A stretch of 56,878 nt of DNA. It comes from Prasinococcaceae sp. CCMP 1430 (Eukaryota > Plantae > Prasinodermophyta). The notes below the pieces were generated by a model, which worked only from the letters and a program-made list of their open reading frames with translations, made no database searches and had not been told where the DNA came from. The position numbers and the translations under genes are program-made. Positions within the stretch are counted from its first letter, which is position 1, and each line of letters begins with the position of its first letter. This document shows positions 41,109 to 52,739 of the stretch, one piece after another. Location of the stretch: positions 1-56,878 of the forward strand of contig RQSC01000014.1 of assembly GCA_013416795.1 (NCBI GenBank). Direction: 5' to 3'.

Positions 41109-42800
41109 CTATGGCACCCTGGGCAGCGACCGTGAGGTAGTCTTGGTCATGACCTCTGTCAGCGCCTCCGCATTTGAGGTTGCCGCCGTGCAGGGATCCA
41201 GCAGTGCGAGATGCCGCGCGGTGAAGCGCACGACGCCCACGCGCTCCGGGTCGATCGTGCCGCTCGCTGAGCTGTCCATCTCGTCGTCGTCCGCTTCGCA
41301 CGGCTCCGTTCTGCCATCGTCGTCCCATGCCTTCTCTGCCTCAAAGTCCAGGAAGCTGTGAACGCTCACGGAGCGTGGCCGCATCTGCCGCCGCTTGCCG
41401 CCCACGCCATCCCCGCGAGTGCTCCTATCCCGGCTGTGCTCTTCAAGCCACATGTCCTTCCACGCGCCGCCGGGCTCGAAGAGCTCCGTCGAATGCAGTG
41501 AGCGCGGCGAGAGTCGGATGGGGAAGACCATGGAGGTCGCTTCGGGGATGCTAGGCCGGCGCACGTACGCGTCCACAGGACCGCTCCAAGCGAATTCGTA
41601 CGAGTGCTGGTCCCGCTTTTGCTCCTGCTGTGCCGTCGATTTCCATTGTGAATAGTCAGTCGGTTTCAGAGCGCGCGGCCAGAGCGCGATGGCGGTCCAA
41701 TTGTCGTTAGAGCGTGTCCGGACAGGGCAGGCGGACGACGGGGCGACGCAGGCAAAACCGCATCTTGCGAACATTCTTTCGCACGGTGCGCGTAAGCGAG
41801 CGCGAGCTAGCATTCTGGTACGTAGATTTCTGCGCACCAGACAGGGGTGCAGCGTGTGGTACCGCACCTGAAAGTTGGATGAGAAGTCCTCTTCGTCCAA
41901 AAGGGGCAAATCATCGTCTGCCCACCAGCCTTCCTCATGGCCGCCTGCGTCCCGTTGGTCATCAGAATCGGCCGCGTAAGTGCGCGCAAGCCCTCGCGCC
42001 CACGCTGGCGCTGTCGATGGGTGTTTTGCAAAGCTCTCAATTGGGGCGAAGTCGATCAGCGCATGGGGCTCGAGCTCCACGACCGCCGCCTGGCCAGGCC
42101 TGGCGCGGTCTACTGGACCGCCACCCGCCACCACCGCGAAGGACGGGGGCAGCTCAACGGGCGTTGGTACATAGTACTGATTGAAGTAGAAGTCCGGGCG
42201 ATCGGGGAGCGTCTTGCCGGTGGCGTGCCCAGCCGCACCAGCCGCGCCGCAGTTCGGCTGCTCAGAAGATGCGGACGATCCAGCACATTGGCACTCGCCA
42301 TCGACAACGAACTCCGTGCCATCGCCGGGCCACCGCATAGTTCGGCCGACGCAACCGCCAGGCGTGCGCGCGCTTGCTGGCGCACCCTGGCCAGTGCGTA
42401 GACCGGCACTAATCCCGTCGGACTCAACCGCGGCGCTCTCGACGGCCAGCTCGTCGACGCCTTTGACGGGACTGTGCCGCGACGCGAGCAGCCCGCTTCC
42501 GAGTGCTACAGCAAGAACGAGCAGGGACGCAAGTGGCGAGTGCTCTTGGTCGCGCGCGGCACCGTGGCCCAGTTCCTGCTGGTCCTGGGATTCACCGTCG
42601 TCGCTGGCGTCCTCAGTGCGGCGAGGCAGTCCGCTCGCAGGGCCATCGTTGGAGGCACTCGCGCGCGCGCCCCCTCCCGCCCTCTGGGGGCAGTCCTGTC
42701 GCCGACGCCGTCCCTGCCGAGACTCGTCCGTCACCAATGGTTGGTCCTGCAGGGGCGGCTGGAGCTGCTGACAGTCGTAAAACTCGTCGGCTTTGCCCAT
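41109..42800 (-). CDS. Hypothetical type II membrane protein; probable in-frame intron ~41867-41628
   Basis: ATG 42800, TM LASLLVLAVALGSGLLA, globular-looking C-terminal part; donor CAG|GTGCGG 41867, CTGAC branch and CAG acceptor near 41628. Confidence 0.5.
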   Translation of the reverse strand: MGKADEFYDCQQLQPPLQDQPLVTDESRQGRRRRQDCPQRAGGGARASASNDGPASGLPRRTEDASDDGESQDQQELGHGAARDQEHSPLASLLVLAVALGSGLLASRHSPVKGVDELAVESAAVESDGISAGLRTGQGAPASARTPGGCVGRTMRWPGDGTEFVVDGECQCAGSSASSEQPNCGAAGAAGHATGKTLPDRPDFYFNQYYVPTPVELPPSFAVVAGGGPVDRARPGQAAVVELEPHALIDFAPIESFAKHPSTAPAWARGLARTYAADSDDQRDAGGHEEGWWADDDLPLLDEEDFSSNFQVRYHTLHPCLVRRNLRTRMLARARLRAPCERMFARCGFACVAPSSACPVRTRSNDNWTAIALWPRALKPTDYSQWKSTAQQEQKRDQHSYEFAWSGPVDAYVRRPSIPEATSMVFPIRLSPRSLHSTELFEPGGAWKDMWLEEHSRDRSTRGDGVGGKRRQMRPRSVSVHSFLDFEAEKAWDDDGRTEPCEADDDEMDSSASGTIDPERVGVVRFTARHLALLDPCTAATSNAEALTEVMTKTTSRSLPRVP

Positions 42801-43759
42801 TGCCCGCCCCTTCCTCGGTGGGTTCACCCCTACAGGCCGCGATTCGTATTGCTCGGCGCGCCCCTCGTCGGAGCCGCCGCGCCACCCCGCGGCGGCTGCG
42901 CGGCAGGGTGAGACCCGGCGCGCGCCGGCGCGCCCCGGTAGCGCCCCGGTGGGCGGCGGCGGTGCCGCTGCGGCGCGCCGCGGTGTGGCTGGGGCGGCCC
43001 GCCCCCTTTCTCTCGCCCGCGCGAAAAAATCGCGCCGGCGAACGAAACCAACACCGAACGCGTTTCGGCGGGGGGAGGCGCGTCCCCGCCAAATCGCGTT
43101 GCGTCGTTTGCGCCCAAAGGAGCGAGCGCTTCGACATCAAACGGCGCCGAGAAAGCGGAAGCGCGCCCGAAAGCTCGGGTCTGCCGTTTGACCCGCGGAC
43201 GAACCGAACTGAACTCGACGGCGCCGAATTGCCATCGCTCCGCCGATGCACCCGACGCATTGCCTTTTTTTTGCCATGCGTTGTGACACGCGGCCGCGGC
43301 GCGGCGTCGGGCGGGAGCATCGTCATCGCCTGCGCACCGACATTTTTCGCGCGCGCGTTTGCGTTGACAGCGCGCAATGGAAAGTGATCAGAAGTGCCCT
43401 CGGAAAAAGGAACGTGCGGTTGGCTGGGCACCACAGCGCGCGCGCGCGCGGAGCGCGGCGCGGCGCGGCGCGCAGCGCGGCACCGAGGGCGCGCCGGCAC
43501 CGCGCGGCAGCGGCGCGGCCTTGGCGCCTGCGCGAGCCGGCGAGGAGGTGGGGGAGACTACTGCTCTGCCCCGCGAGACGCCCTGAGGCACGCTGGGTTG
43601 TGTGGGGGGAGGAGGAGCGCGGCCGCACGCGCGGCCCACGGGGCTGCTCCTCTGTCGAAACTGCTGCAGTAATCGCGCTCTGTCTGTGCGCCTGGCGGCT
43701 GTTGACTGCCGTGGCCTCCCGGGCGCGCGTCGAGGGTTGAGACGCCTTTCTGGGGGAAG

Positions 43760-45623
43760 ATGTGTTCTTCTTCGCGGTCGTCGTCGCCTGCTGATCGGAG
43801 TCACCAGCAGCAGCAGCACCGCCGTGCCGTCTCTCTCACGGCGATGCGAGTGCTGCTACTGCTTGGCGCGCTAGTGGCGGTGGCGTTTTGTGGGCGGTTA
43901 GCAGGAAAGGCGCTGCGAGGTTCCCGGCGTGGCGAGGGCGACGATGGGCCTTGGCGGCTGAGGCGGCTGCGCGGCGCAAGGGACGGTGGGGCGGCGGCTG
44001 CTGACGAGGCCTCGAGCAGACGAGCAAAGGGAGGGTGGTTTAGCGGCGAGAGCGACGATCCGCCTGATGTGCCCGACGGTGCGAGTTCGAAGGCGCGCGT
44101 GCCTGCTGCGGCGCCAACCAAGTCGAACGCCAGCGTCGCCAATCCACCTTCCCCCGCGGTCACGTTTGCTCTCGGTATGGTCTCGGCCTGCTGCGTCGAG
44201 CAGCATCGCCGGCGTCGTGACATGCACCGCGCCATATTTGCAGACTACGTAGCAGGGCGCGTCGGCCAGCGCGAGGCGCTCCCCGAGGGGTCGATGGCGC
44301 TCTACTTTGTCGTGGGGCATCCGAAGGACGATCCTAACTTCGAGACCCTGCGTGAGGGTTCCGAGCTGCGCGAGGAATTGACGACCGCAAAAGACATTGT
44401 GCGGCTGAAGGCGGAAGATAGCTACCTCAACCTGTACAAAAAGGTGCGTCGATCGTTGCTCGGCGCGCCAGCGCGTGCTACTTACCCCCCTTCCCACTCG
44501 AGCGCTCCGCGCTGTTTTTGTCGCTCACAGCAGGCCGGCGCGCAATCCTTCTCGGCACGAAAACGAACGCAGACGGACATGTTCCTGGCGTGGGCACTGC
44601 TGCACACCACTGCTCGCTACATCATAAAGGTCGACGACGACTGCTACGTGAATTACCGCTCCCTCTATGACATCTCATTGAGCAACTTCGGAAGCGACCC
44701 GTACGGGGTGTATCTTGGGAGTCACCATCACTTCGTGCCCATCCGCAAGGCTTCGAGCAAGTGGTACGTTTCGGAGGAGCAGTGGCCAAACCACTGCCCC
44801 GAGTCAAAGTACGCGGATGGTTGGATGTACATGCTGAGCCGCGACGTCGCATCAGCGGCCAGCGCGGTCCTTCGCTCCGCCAGCGAGTTCGTGGACGGGT
44901 CAACCCAGAGCCACCCCAATCCGTTAACGAACGAAACATCGGTGGAGCTCTGGGGGGTGCCGGAGCTGCACACCGACCCTCAGCTGCAAGGCCTGCCGAC
45001 GACAGATGGCTTGCGCGTGCCAACGTGGCACCCGGATCTGGAAACGAGGAGTGCAAGCGGCCCTGCGCGCGACGGCAACGAGTGCAGCCTGAACCGTATC
45101 TGGTTTGAGGACGCCAGGGTAGGAATCGCGGTCTCGAGAGCGTTTGCCGGCGCGGAGTGGGTCTTTTCGCGGTTGTCGCGTAGCAGCAGGTACTTTGCCT
45201 CCGCGTGGCACTGCTGCTATCACGGTGCGTGCGCCGCCTTCCCTTCCCTTCGCGCCTGCGTCTGCTCTCTCTCTACGAGCTGCCCACGCGTTTCACGCGC
45301 GCGCGCCCAGCTGACACTCCTTGCTTCGTGCCTGTGCTCGCACGCGTCGCTCGTCGGTTGGAGCAGATACCATCGTGAAGCACCTGGACTTCGGATGCTC
45401 GACCAAGCCCACCGCGGTGTTGCCGAAGCTTCACGCCGTGCTGAACAAGACCATTGCTGACAAAGACCGCATTCAGTGCGTTCACAAGAGCATGGGCTCC
45501 TGCGGCAAATCCGCAATGGACAGGTGGCTGCAGTTCATGACCGGCGGGGAAGGATTTGGCACCACGTGTGACGGCGCAAAGGCGAAGAAGTCGTCGTCGC
45601 TGCGGCGGCTCGCCGCGGCATGA
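43760..45623 (+). CDS. GT31-family glycosyltransferase (Galactosyl_T); introns 44444-44572, 45225-45366
   Basis: N-terminal signal anchor; RRRRD, YFVVG, DIVRL...DSYLNLYKK|T, YIIKVDDDCYVN (DxD), KWYVSEEQWP, YMLSRDVA, EDARVG, VKHL. Start is ATG 43760 or 43844. Confidence 0.88.
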
Positions 45624-46530
45624 GCGACCCCTCCCTTGTCCACCGTCGCCGAGCTCCATTCGATCTGCCAACTCCGGATTGTACTCCATCTATTCTAGCG
45701 CACCTGCGCGCCTACACCACCAGACGACCTGTCGCAGCGCCCGCTTGCATAAAAGACACCGTAAGGCCCGTCGATCTGTGTGATCCAAGCGCACCGCGCC
45801 CGCGCGGACGCCCACCACCGCCGCAGATACCCAGCTCCACGGACCCATCGCCGCACGCGCGAGCACTCCGCGCACGCTCGACCTCCCACTGCTCCCCATC
45901 CCGCCCCTGCAACTGCCACACGCGCACGCACCTACCTACGGCCTCGACACCTCATCCAACGGAATGCCAGCCCGGCAATTCATCCGAGGCTTGGCAGAGG
46001 CCGCGCGCCGCGCCGCGCCGCGGCCAGAAAACCATCCAAAACTAGCAGCGGTGGGGGCGGGCGCAGCCGCGGCGCGCGCGCGGCACGCGCCGCGCCTCGC
46101 CGCGCGCATCTCCGTGCGCGTTTGCGATTTTCTTGGCTGCGGTACGGAACAAATTCAGCCCGCACCCGAGTGCGGGCGGGCGACGGCTGACGTGTCACGA
46201 TCTGGGCGTATCGCCGTATCGCGCGCGCGTGCAGTTTGATTGCCGAATCGGGGCGAGGCAGGGGTGGAGGTATCGGCCGCGCGCGCTCTGCGCCGCGGGA
46301 AATCTTCGTCCGCTGCGCCGCTCGAGGGCGGGTGGGTCGAGAGGGGAGGGGCGCAGGGGGGGGGGCGGCGCGCGCCACACCGCACGCCCGCACGCAGCGA
46401 GTCCGGCGCGCGGCCCGCGACAGAGGCGCAGCAGCGCAGGCACAGCGCCGACGCGGCACGAGCGCACGCGCGGCGCGAGCGCGGTCGGCGAGGGCGAGGC
46501 TCGCATTCTGGTGTCTGCATTTCGCTCGCA

Positions 46531-47584
46531 ATGGTGGGCGTGAGCGTGACGGCGAGCTCCGGCTGCGCGGGCACGGCGACGTGCTTCGTCTTCGTGACGA
46601 TCATCCTCATGATCATCGCCATCTCGACAAATGTGTGGCTCTCTACGAGCGAGGTGCGCCGTCGCGGCGCTCATCAGCGAATCCCGTGCGAGGGTCCAGC
46701 CGGGGAAAATGGCGCGTGTCCACGCGTTGACGGCTTGGCGCGCGTGCCCAGGGTGCTGACGGACTCGCTCTCCTCACTGCTCACGCGTCGACGTCGGCGC
46801 GACGCAGACAACGATCGGCTTGCTGAGCAACGAGGGCCTCTGGAAGCGGTGCTTCATCGATGAGGGCTGCCTTGACTGGAGCGACGTCCAGGGCACGCCC
46901 AACAAGATCACCGCCGTGCGCGCGTGGTCTATCATCTACCTCATCCCAGCGGTGGCCACCATAGCCGCGGCCATGTGCCTGCCGGGTCCGGGCGCATCAG
47001 TTTGTTCCTTCATCGCCATGGTGCGTGCCAGCGCGTATGGCGTGCCCACCGTGCGGTGTGCCTGCAGCTTGTAGCAGGGTCGTCGCGTGCGCTCGCGCCG
47101 GGTGCGGTATTTGCTCGACGGCGACTGCAATGCTGCGCCGCTGACTTCGACTCATCGACGAACGCCATCGCCGCTGCCTTCTCTTCTCTTCGACGCACCA
47201 CGCCACGCGCGTGCTGCACGCCAACAGATCTGCGCCGTGCTCGTGGTTGGCATATTCGCAGGTTACAAGATCGATAACGCCCTCTTCGGCATCGACGCCA
47301 CCGGTTTCCCCATTGCACCTGCGACTCCTTTCGGATACGACTGGGGCTATTGGCTGGCCGTCTCTTCGTTGGTCCTCGTGGGCGTTGCCTGGCTGCTGTA
47401 CATGTTCACGGCGTGCACGGGAGGCGACGAGAGCAAGGAGGAAAAAAGGACGGACCAGGGCGACGAGGAGGCACCACCCGAAGCCGAGGACAAGGGCGCA
47501 AAAGGCAAGGGCGAGGAGACGGTGCCCCCGCCGATGCCAGCGGAAGTTCCACCGGAGGGCGCCGATACAGCCCCGGCCGCATGA
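46531..47584 (+). CDS. Claudin/PMP22-superfamily tetraspan membrane protein; exons 46531-46653, 46808-47020, 47228-47584
   Basis: Four TM segments; first loop W...GLWKRCFIDEGC (W-GLW-C-C signature); FGYDWGYWLA before TM4; two phase-0 GT-AG introns. Confidence 0.75.
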
Positions 47585-48102
47585 GGAGGCTCGTAACAGA
47601 GGTATGCACGCTGCCGTTTTGCACTGCCGCACAAACGCACAGCTGAGTACATGTTCTACCGATCGGCTGAGCGCCAACGTCAAGGCCTCGTTGACGGCGC
47701 GGCCAGAAAAGAATGCATGAGGCGGTAAGAAAGAGAGAGTTTGCTTGGCCTCCCCTGGGTGGAGCCGCGCAGAAGAGCGCGACAGTGAGGACGGACGCAC
47801 GCGCCTCGCTGGCCGGCGCGCGTGGCTATTCGCCGAGCCAGGGCTCTTCCCAGCCGAAGCGTCGGCTGGCGCTGCTACGGTATGTCTACCTCTCTCCGTA
47901 ACTTACAAGTACCGGCTCTTTTCTTAGCAACGACAATGCAAACGAATGCGTGTGTGGAGTGCGTATCATGCTCCAGAAGAGTTCGTGCAAAAACTCGATG
48001 ATGGCGATGGGCCGCCCTGCGGAGTGGGTGTCATCCTGCGTGTTTGTATGCGGCATGCGTTGGAGCCAGACAGAGACGCGCGCCCTGTTCTGGCCTCCCC
48101 TC

Positions 48103-49971
48103 TCAGTCGTCGCCCTTCTTGGGCTTCTTGTCGGGTGGGGGCTTGGTCTTGTCAGCGGCGGGCGCGCCCGACGCGCCCTGCTTGCTGCTGCGCTTCTTTG
48201 GGTTGCGCCACAAAGTTCGTGTTTGAGCCTGCACGTCGGGGTGCGACGCCCTCCAGGCCGCCATCTCGGCCTCGTATGCGGCCATGGCGTAGTTGGTCAC
48301 AGCATTGGGGCCAAACTCTAGCACGGCAGAGCGGTCATACGCCACAGCGGCCTCGTTCTCCGTGCGGAAGAGGCCCAGGTACTTGTACTTCTTGCCCAGG
48401 AACTGCCCCATGCGCGCCTCCCAGCGCCCACCTTTGTGACGCGTGACGCCACGAAACTTGCTTGAGCCGCGGCTGAAGCCCTTGGAGTGCCTGCGCAGCA
48501 GCGCCACCATGTCATCCCTGGAGGTTGCCGCCACCGCGGCGGCGACGCCCGCGTACGTCGAAAGCGGGAAATTGAGCTGGGCATCAGCCTGACCGCGGCA
48601 GTGGAGGCTCATCAGATCGTACGCACGCGCGGCGTTCGCCTCCTCGTCGAAGCCTCCGAGGTATATCTGCTTCCCCGCATCCCACATGTGCGCCTCGAAT
48701 CGTCCCGTGCGCTTGTGCCTGGTCACACCGCGGTATGCGCTGCTGCCTGGGTGCTGATTGCGCGCGGCTGGTCGCGGCCGCCTCGCCGCGGCCGCGGCGG
48801 CCGCCGCTGCCGCCTGGGCAGCGGCCTCGACGGCGGCGGCGGCGCCTTCGCCGTCGCTTCCCGTGTCGCCTCCCTCTTCGACGTCCGCCGCTCCGCCCAC
48901 AGCTGCCGCACCGGCGGCACCGCCGCCCTCTTCCGGACGCGGGGGGCTGGACGCATGCGCGCCGGCCTTGCCCTCGATGATGGCCGCCAGCTCAGCCTCG
49001 AGGTCATAGTCGCCGCCGCCCGTGGCGCCCCCTTGAGGAGCGATGGGCACACCGACAGCTGGCGGTGCCAAGCCTGCTACCGCCGCGGTACCCAGGAGAT
49101 TCAGCAGGTCGGTAGCGCCCGATCCGAGGGGCGGCGGCGATGCGAGGCCGTGCATTGACTGCAGTTGGAGGTCGCGCAGCTGGAAGGGCGGCTGCGACAG
49201 CTGAAGGGGCGCCGGTGGCACGTACGGACCGAAGAGGCCGAGGCCCTGTGGCACGGCGGGTGCAGGCGGGGGCTGCGCAATGCCAGCGGGCGTTCCCACG
49301 ATGACCGGCCCGAGCATCCCCGCGGCAGGTCCTCCAGGCAGCCCAGGCAGCACGGAGGTGTATGTGGCCGTGGGAGGGGCGGCGCTCGTATCGAAGGAGG
49401 GCGGTGCCACCGGCAGCGTTGCATGAGTTGTGCCCGGCTGCTGACTGGTCGAAGGCGCTGCAGAGGACGAGAACGGCGCACCGTATGTACCTGCCAGCGG
49501 CGACGACACGGGTGGCGGCGATGGCGGCGATGTGTGGTGTGGCGATGGCGCCAGCACCTCGACAATCGGCGCCCGCGCCTCAGCAGTCGGCGCCTGCACC
49601 TGCGAAGGGAGGATTTCCGTGGTAGGAATGGTATCGTCGAAGAGGTTGTCCACACCGCCGTCGAACGAGGCCGAGACCGGATGAGGGACTGCCGCCATCG
49701 CCGGATTAGGCCCGACGGCCTGTGCCCTCGCGGTTGACTCCGCGAGGGTGCTCGCCACCAACGCAGCGAGCTTTCCCGTGCTTTCCGTTCGCACAGGCGT
49801 GAGCGGCAGCGGCGCGAGCGCGAACGGATCCACCAGTGCCGCTGCCGCCGGTGTCGGCGCGCGTTCGCCGTTGCCGCCCCCGGGAAGAGTCGCGATGGAT
49901 GCCTTCGCAAAAGCGGCGGCCTCCGGGCCGGGGAGCGAGCTCTGTCGCGGCAGGCAATTCATAAGCGACAT
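48103..49971 (-). CDS. AP2-subfamily transcription factor with two AP2 domains
   Basis: SSAYRGVTRHKRTGRFEAHMWD..KQIYLGGF..AARAYD; linker LRRHSKGFSRGSSKFRGVTRH; GRWEARMGQFLGKKYKYLGLF..EAAVAYD..AVTNY; ATG 49971; TGTAA at 47907-47903. Confidence 0.93.
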   Translation of the reverse strand: MSLMNCLPRQSSLPGPEAAAFAKASIATLPGGGNGERAPTPAAAALVDPFALAPLPLTPVRTESTGKLAALVASTLAESTARAQAVGPNPAMAAVPHPVSASFDGGVDNLFDDTIPTTEILPSQVQAPTAEARAPIVEVLAPSPHHTSPPSPPPVSSPLAGTYGAPFSSSAAPSTSQQPGTTHATLPVAPPSFDTSAAPPTATYTSVLPGLPGGPAAGMLGPVIVGTPAGIAQPPPAPAVPQGLGLFGPYVPPAPLQLSQPPFQLRDLQLQSMHGLASPPPLGSGATDLLNLLGTAAVAGLAPPAVGVPIAPQGGATGGGDYDLEAELAAIIEGKAGAHASSPPRPEEGGGAAGAAAVGGAADVEEGGDTGSDGEGAAAAVEAAAQAAAAAAAAAARRPRPAARNQHPGSSAYRGVTRHKRTGRFEAHMWDAGKQIYLGGFDEEANAARAYDLMSLHCRGQADAQLNFPLSTYAGVAAAVAATSRDDMVALLRRHSKGFSRGSSKFRGVTRHKGGRWEARMGQFLGKKYKYLGLFRTENEAAVAYDRSAVLEFGPNAVTNYAMAAYEAEMAAWRASHPDVQAQTRTLWRNPKKRSSKQGASGAPAADKTKPPPDKKPKKGDD

Positions 49972-50078
49972 CCGCGGCACCGTCGTCTGTCCAGCCCTAC
50001 GACCGGACCGAGGGAGGCACCAAACGACGCCGGCTCCTCGCCCGCGCGGCGCCCCCGCCACGCGCGTGCTTCGTCCGG

Positions 50079-50108
50079 TAGGGTTTGGGGTTAGGGTTTT
50101 GTTTAGGG
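50079..50108 (-). promoter_or_regulatory. Telo-box cluster (AAACCCTA-like x3) upstream of the AP2 gene
   Basis: TAGGGTTT 50079-50086, TTAGGGTTT 50091-50099, TTTAGGG 50102-50108; ~110-140 nt upstream of ATG 49971. Confidence 0.55.
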
Positions 50109-50577
50109 TACAGCATCGGATTTTTTGGGGGTATTGCGTGCACGTACGTATGGAGGGTGTCAGCACAGCATTCACACTGATCACCAAATCCGGATCAGGG
50201 TTCCAAATTTATGGCCACATATCACAACATCAGCACACAATTCCATGTCATCTTCGTATGAGAATTTCCGGGGGGCATCGAGCAAGCAGGTCGAGGGCAG
50301 GAAAGGGTGTGCTGCCGCAGTCGCGGGCCTCAGTCAGTCAGTCGGGCCAGCGTGCGGCATCGAGCGACCCCGCCAACGTACCGACGCGCTCGCCTCGGCC
50401 GCGTCAGCAGAGGAGGGACCGACCGGCCGACCGACCCAGCCAGGGCGAGCCGAGCCGAGCCCGCGCGCGGCCGCAGCGTCGGTCGGTCGGTCGAGCGCAC
50501 AGCCGCGGCTCTCGCCGGCTTGAGCTCGGGCTCCGCGGGAGGGCCAGCACCGGTGCTCTTGTATGGCGCTCCATGAC

Positions 50578-50616
50578 CGCGCGCGCGCGCGCGCGCGCGC
50601 GCGCGCGCGCGCGCGC
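50578..50616. repeat. Perfect (CG)19 tract
   Basis: 39 nt of strict C/G alternation. Confidence 0.95.
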
Positions 50617-51346
50617 CGACGTGCCAGCCCGCCGGCGCAATTCATAACGAGAACAGCACGCGGCGGCGCCGCCGCGCAATCCCCATCCGCGGCTGGATCA
50701 GCGCCCACTCACGAACCGAGCGCGCCGAGGGCTCTCTCGCGCGCAAACGCGGATTTCGATCCGATCCGGCGCGCCGCCTGCGTACTGCAGCGGCAGCTGC
50801 GCCCGGCAGGGCGAGCACCTCGCTCCGTCGGCGCCTCCGTTACCTCCACCCACGTGTGTGGGCGCGCGGTGGCGGCAAGCCAAGCTGGCAGCGCCCGCGA
50901 CCGACCGGGCCCACGCTTCCAAACACGTGCCAGCTGGAACATCCACGGGAGAGACCACCAATCATCGCGACTGTGATCATTTTGCACGTGCCGCATGATG
51001 GAATGATGAGTGAATTGAGCTTGCCATGTCGAGTGGGGTGGCCTGGCATGGGGGTTCGCGAAGGTTCGCGAAGGTCTGTGCGGGGCGTTCCGTCCTGGCG
51101 AGACCCACCCGATCCACTCGTCTCGAGTTCAAGATTTGAAGGTCGATGTGTGGAACGCGTCCACGGATCCTCCGGAAGACGAGTACCATCATGATGGTGC
51201 TATCATAGGACTATCCGGATAGTACATCACCATTTTACCCACTGTCCGTTCGTACACTGTGTGTAAATTTTGTATTGTACCCAGGTGCTGTGCAATTGTA
51301 CAAATTTTGTACAGGAATGGTAAGGGTTACCACCACGCACCGCTGC

Positions 51347-52739
51347 TCAGGTCGAGCGCACTAGAGCGCGCACTTCGGCGTCTTCGCTGGACGCGAGCAC
51401 GGCCCTCACCGCCTCCCAGTTGTCGATGACGCTCTCCTGGCTCTTGGCGGCCCTGACGCCTCCGCGCGCCTCGCGGTGCTCGACGAGCGTGTTGCCAATC
51501 ACTTCGGCAGAGGGCTCCAGGCCCACCGCGCGCATGAGGTCGCCCCACGCCGCCACGCTCGTGCGCATCGCCGCGCCTGAATCGTCGTACTCAAATGCGA
51601 AGAGGTCCTCGGTGAAAACCGGCGCAGCGAGCTGCTCCTGATCCTTCCAGAGCGCGCGCGCGTGCTCCTCGTATCCGAGGCGGCGGCGAGTCCACCACGC
51701 CAAAGTCTCCTCGAGCTTGGCGGGATTCAGGTAGGCGCGGGTGACAACCTGCGCGTACGCGTGCGCGCGCGCGCGTCATTCGTGAGCGGGACGTGTGCGT
51801 GCGGTAGATGCGGGGCCGCGCAGGCGTAGCCATGCCGCAATGCTGGTCAGCACACCGGTCAATTGGTCCGGCCTGCAGGGAGCTGCGCGGGGGCGTGCAC
51901 AAAGCGGGGCCCTGCCCCGACCATCAACGCACCGGGTTGCCACTGGCGGCCGCCGCTCGCCGCTTATAGCACAGCGTGGGGTCCGTCCCGTTTTCGGTGA
52001 CAACCTCCCCGATGGGGCTGTTCTTCGCGAGGAAGCAGTCGCGAACGAAGCACGTCAGCATGTCCAGGACATTCCTCCGCCACACGAAGACAGCGCGCGC
52101 GCCCGTGTTGGCAATGACGGGCGACAAGACGGCGTCGCCCGCGTACATGGCGTTCGCGCCCTCATCGGCGCGGAGCTCGAGCTTCTGCAGGAGCATGAGC
52201 CCTTGGCTGGTCGCCTCCTTATACTGCGCCATGATCGCGTCCTCCATGGTTGCTTTGCCGCCCGCTGGCGGCCCGTGCTCCCTGTAGTAGGCGTTTGTCT
52301 CCGGGCGCAATTCCTCAAAGTACAGGTCCGCCGCCGGATGGCCGTGCGCCGCGGTCAGAGCGCGCGCGAGCTTAATGGTGGCGGTGGACCCGCTGCATCC
52401 CTCCATGATGAGCAAAGCGGGATGATGCACGCTCGCAGTGCCGGCGCCTGCTGCCGCCTGCGCGTCGCCCGCCGTCTCGTTGTTGACCTTATCTACGCGG
52501 CTCATTGCGGTGCGCTGGGAGTCGAGCGCGTCTGCCTGCTCCCGCAGCCGCGCGGCCACGCTCGCGACCAGCACCTGCCAGTCTGCTTGCGAGCCCGACT
52601 CGCCAAGGGACCTGCCTGCGGCCATGATTTGCCTCGACAGCGCGCTGTGGCGCGCCCCTGCGGCCGGTGCGGCTGCTGTCAGCAGCCCCGCCAGCGCGAG
52701 CGCGCGCATCGCCGCGGCGGCCGCCGCCCAAGCCCGCAT
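51347..52739 (-). CDS. Secretory-pathway sulfotransferase-like protein (Stf0-like); exons 52739-51933, 51748-51347
   Basis: Signal anchor; LLIMEGCSGSTAT (5'-PSB-like), VFVWRRNVLDML (3'-PB-like), EDL, SVIDNWEAV; phase-0 intron GTGCGT 51932 to GCAG 51749. Confidence 0.65.
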
